NCBI GenBank assembly: GCA_963925745.1
Contig: CAWUUZ010000054.1
Span: 1-25,996 of the forward strand
From: an uncultured Pseudomonadales bacterium
Lineage (GTDB): Bacteria; Pseudomonadota; Gammaproteobacteria; Pseudomonadales; Natronospirillaceae
DNA: 25,996 nucleotides
Reading direction: 5' to 3'
Shown here: positions 24,167 to 25,996 of the stretch, one piece after another
How positions within the stretch are numbered: position 1 is the first letter of the stretch
Layout of the letters: every line of letters starts with the position of its first letter
Translations under genes and position numbers: made by a program
The notes under the pieces: generated by a model
Databases searched by the model: none
Seen by the model: the letters and a program-made list of their open reading frames with translations, nothing else
What the model was told of the DNA's origin: nothing

Positions 24167-25780
24167 TCACTGGCCACGTCTGTGCGCCACAATCATGTCC
24201 ACAGCCTTCTCTGCAATCATGATGGTAGGGGCATTGGTATTGCCAGCCACCAGAGTTGGCATGATAGAGGCGTCTACCACCCGTAAGCCTTGAATTCCGT
24301 GGATACAGAGTTGTGCATCAACAACTGCCAGGGGATCTGACTCAGACCCCATTTTGCAGGTGCCTACCGCATGGTATTGGGTATCGGCTCTGTTTCGAAT
24401 ATCAGCCAATACCGCTTCGGGATCTTGGGGATCTACAGGAAATAAACTGGCGCCGCGAAAAGCGTCAAAGGGTGCTGACTGCAGCAGTTGGTGCTGAATA
24501 TGCCAGCCCTTTACCAACAGGGCCACGTCCTCTGGATGACTCAAGAACTGTGGGTCAATAAGGGGTGCAGCACAAGGGTCAGCACTCACTAACTTAACAG
24601 TGCCTCGGCTTTTGGGTCTTAAGACACTCACATGGCTGGAGTAGCCATGACCCCAGTGCAATTTCCGATTGTGGTCGTCTTCGATGCCCGCTAAGAAAAT
24701 CAACTCCAGGTCTGGCGCCGTCAGTGTTGGGTCTGACGCAATAAAGCCAATGCCCTCTGCATAGTTGCTCGTCAACAAGCCCTTTCGGTGTCTTAACCAC
24801 TGCCACAGGCCCACCGCCATGCGTGTGATGCCCGGTATCGAAATACCGACCGTGTCGGTATCGCTGCGGGTTTTGTAGACCTCAATGATATCAATATGGT
24901 CCTGTAGGTTTTTACCCACACCCTGGCGCTCATGCACCAGCGGAATGCCAAGGGGCGTCAACTCCGACGCAGCGCCAATACCCGACCGCATCAATATCTG
25001 TGGTGACGCAAAGGATCCGGCACTCAGCAGCACCTCTTGATCTGCAAAGACCTCTTTGGTTTCGCTGCCCAGTTGATAGCGAACCCCAGTCGCACGCTTG
25101 CCTTCAAACAACACCCTATCAACGGTTGCTTGGGTAATAACCGTTTAGTTCGGTCTCTTTAGGTGGTCTAGCAGATAGGCTTTTGCAGCACTGACACGTT
25201 CGCCGTTTTTTTGGGTGACCTGTGTGGCTGTGACGCCAAAGGGATCAATACCGTTCACATCGGGATTATAGGGAATTCCCAGGGCTGCAGCGGCATCAAA
25301 AAACACCTGCAGCATCGCGCTTGGCGACTGCAGGTCGCACACATTCAGGGGGCCACCCTGTCCATGCAGGGCATCAACATGGGTTTCGTTATGTTCAGAA
25401 CGGATAAAGTAGGGTAAGACCTCACTAAAGGTCCAACCTGGATTACCCAATGCCGCCCAGTGATCGTAGTCACTTGGGTGACCGCGCGCATACATCATGG
25501 CATTGATCAGACTCGAGCCGCCCAACCCCTTGCCTCTGGGTTGATAGCCCTTGCGGTTATTGAGCCCTTGCTGTTTTTGGGTTTTAAAGGCCCAGTTGTA
25601 AAGTCGGGTGGGTACGGTAACAAAGATGGCACCGGGCATTCGGGTCAGAATGCTGTCCGCCTTGCCGCCCGCTTCAAGCAAGCAAACGCTGATATTGGGA
25701 TCTTCAGACAGGCGACCTGCGAGCACGCATCCGGCAGACCCGGCGCCGATGATGATGTAGTCGTAACAGGCCTTGGTCAT
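24167..25780 (-). pseudogene. GMC-family oxidoreductase (choline/alcohol dehydrogenase-like) interrupted by an in-frame TAA at 25145-25147
   Basis: The N-half has YDYIIIGAGSAG and RGKGLGGSS.INAMMY.RG; the C-half has VGKNLQDH, LRPKSRG.V, YHAVGTCKMG, GLRVVDAS.MP and GNTNAPTIMIAEK. The halves are in the same frame: KRPN*TVITQATVDRVLFEGKRATGV. ATG 25780 follows AGGAG. The stop could be a sequencing error. Confidence 0.85.
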
Positions 25781-25899
25781 GGTCTCTCCTGAATAGGGGC
25801 TGCTGAGGACGTTAGACAAACCAAAAAACAATACGGAACATTTGTACCATGCTATAAACGCATTAGGTAGTTTAGATCACCCTATTCAGTGTGGCCCTG

Positions 25900-25923
25900 C
25901 TACCGACAACCCTACCGACCACC
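25900..25923. repeat. Two 12-bp tandem units
   Basis: ctaccgacaacc / ctaccgaccacc. Confidence 0.5.
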
Positions 25924-25948
25924 GCTACAGCCAAAGGGGACTTCTCTC

Positions 25949-25996
25949 ATGTTATTACCGCGCACACTGTGGAAACAATCCCTCGTTATAACCCTG
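25949..25996 (+). CDS. Possible start of a gene running off the window (MLLPRTLWKQSLVITL...)
   Basis: ATG about 9 nt after AAGGGG, open to the window end and divergent from the GMC gene. Too short to assign a product. Confidence 0.35.
   Translation, partial: MLLPRTLWKQSLVITL

Noticed and set aside
24167-25114. Two independent genes for the GMC halves, as the ORF track suggests
   Set aside because: The ten codons between the stop and the GTG continue the family consensus in frame, so this is one interrupted gene.
1-25996. Mobile element, prophage or defence system
   Set aside because: No transposase, integrase, phage, toxin-antitoxin or restriction genes, and no terminal inverted repeats. 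All long ORFs map to housekeeping or metabolic families.

Overview
A 26-kb chromosomal window from a gammaproteobacterium of about 50% GC; the marine/Oceanospirillales-like assignment is inference only. It has three blocks. (1) 1-8.4 kb: the 3' part of parB, a small putative sulfur/redox cluster (DUF2892/YgaP-like membrane protein, beta-carbonic anhydrase, CoA-disulfide reductase-rhodanese fusion), deaD, an alpha/beta hydrolase, an OmpA-family lipoprotein and pdxJ. (2) 8.5-23.1 kb: a complete gamma-glutamylation pathway for polyamine uptake and catabolism, arranged like Pseudomonas spuI / spuABCD-FGH. The left arm (minus strand) is puuA-puuB-[7TM-DISM diguanylate cyclase]-puuC; the right arm (plus strand) is spuA/puuD-spuB-spuC-potF/spuD-potG-potH-potI. 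(3) 23.2-26 kb: an EamA transporter and a GMC oxidoreductase broken by one in-frame TAA. No rRNA, tRNA, CRISPR array or mobile element was found. Best leads: a sensor diguanylate cyclase embedded in the polyamine catabolic arm, a 22-bp palindrome shared upstream of two persulfide-related genes, the nonsense-split GMC gene, and a 7x14-bp tandem array running into a terminator-like hairpin. Nothing here is demonstrably a new system; these are hypotheses to test.
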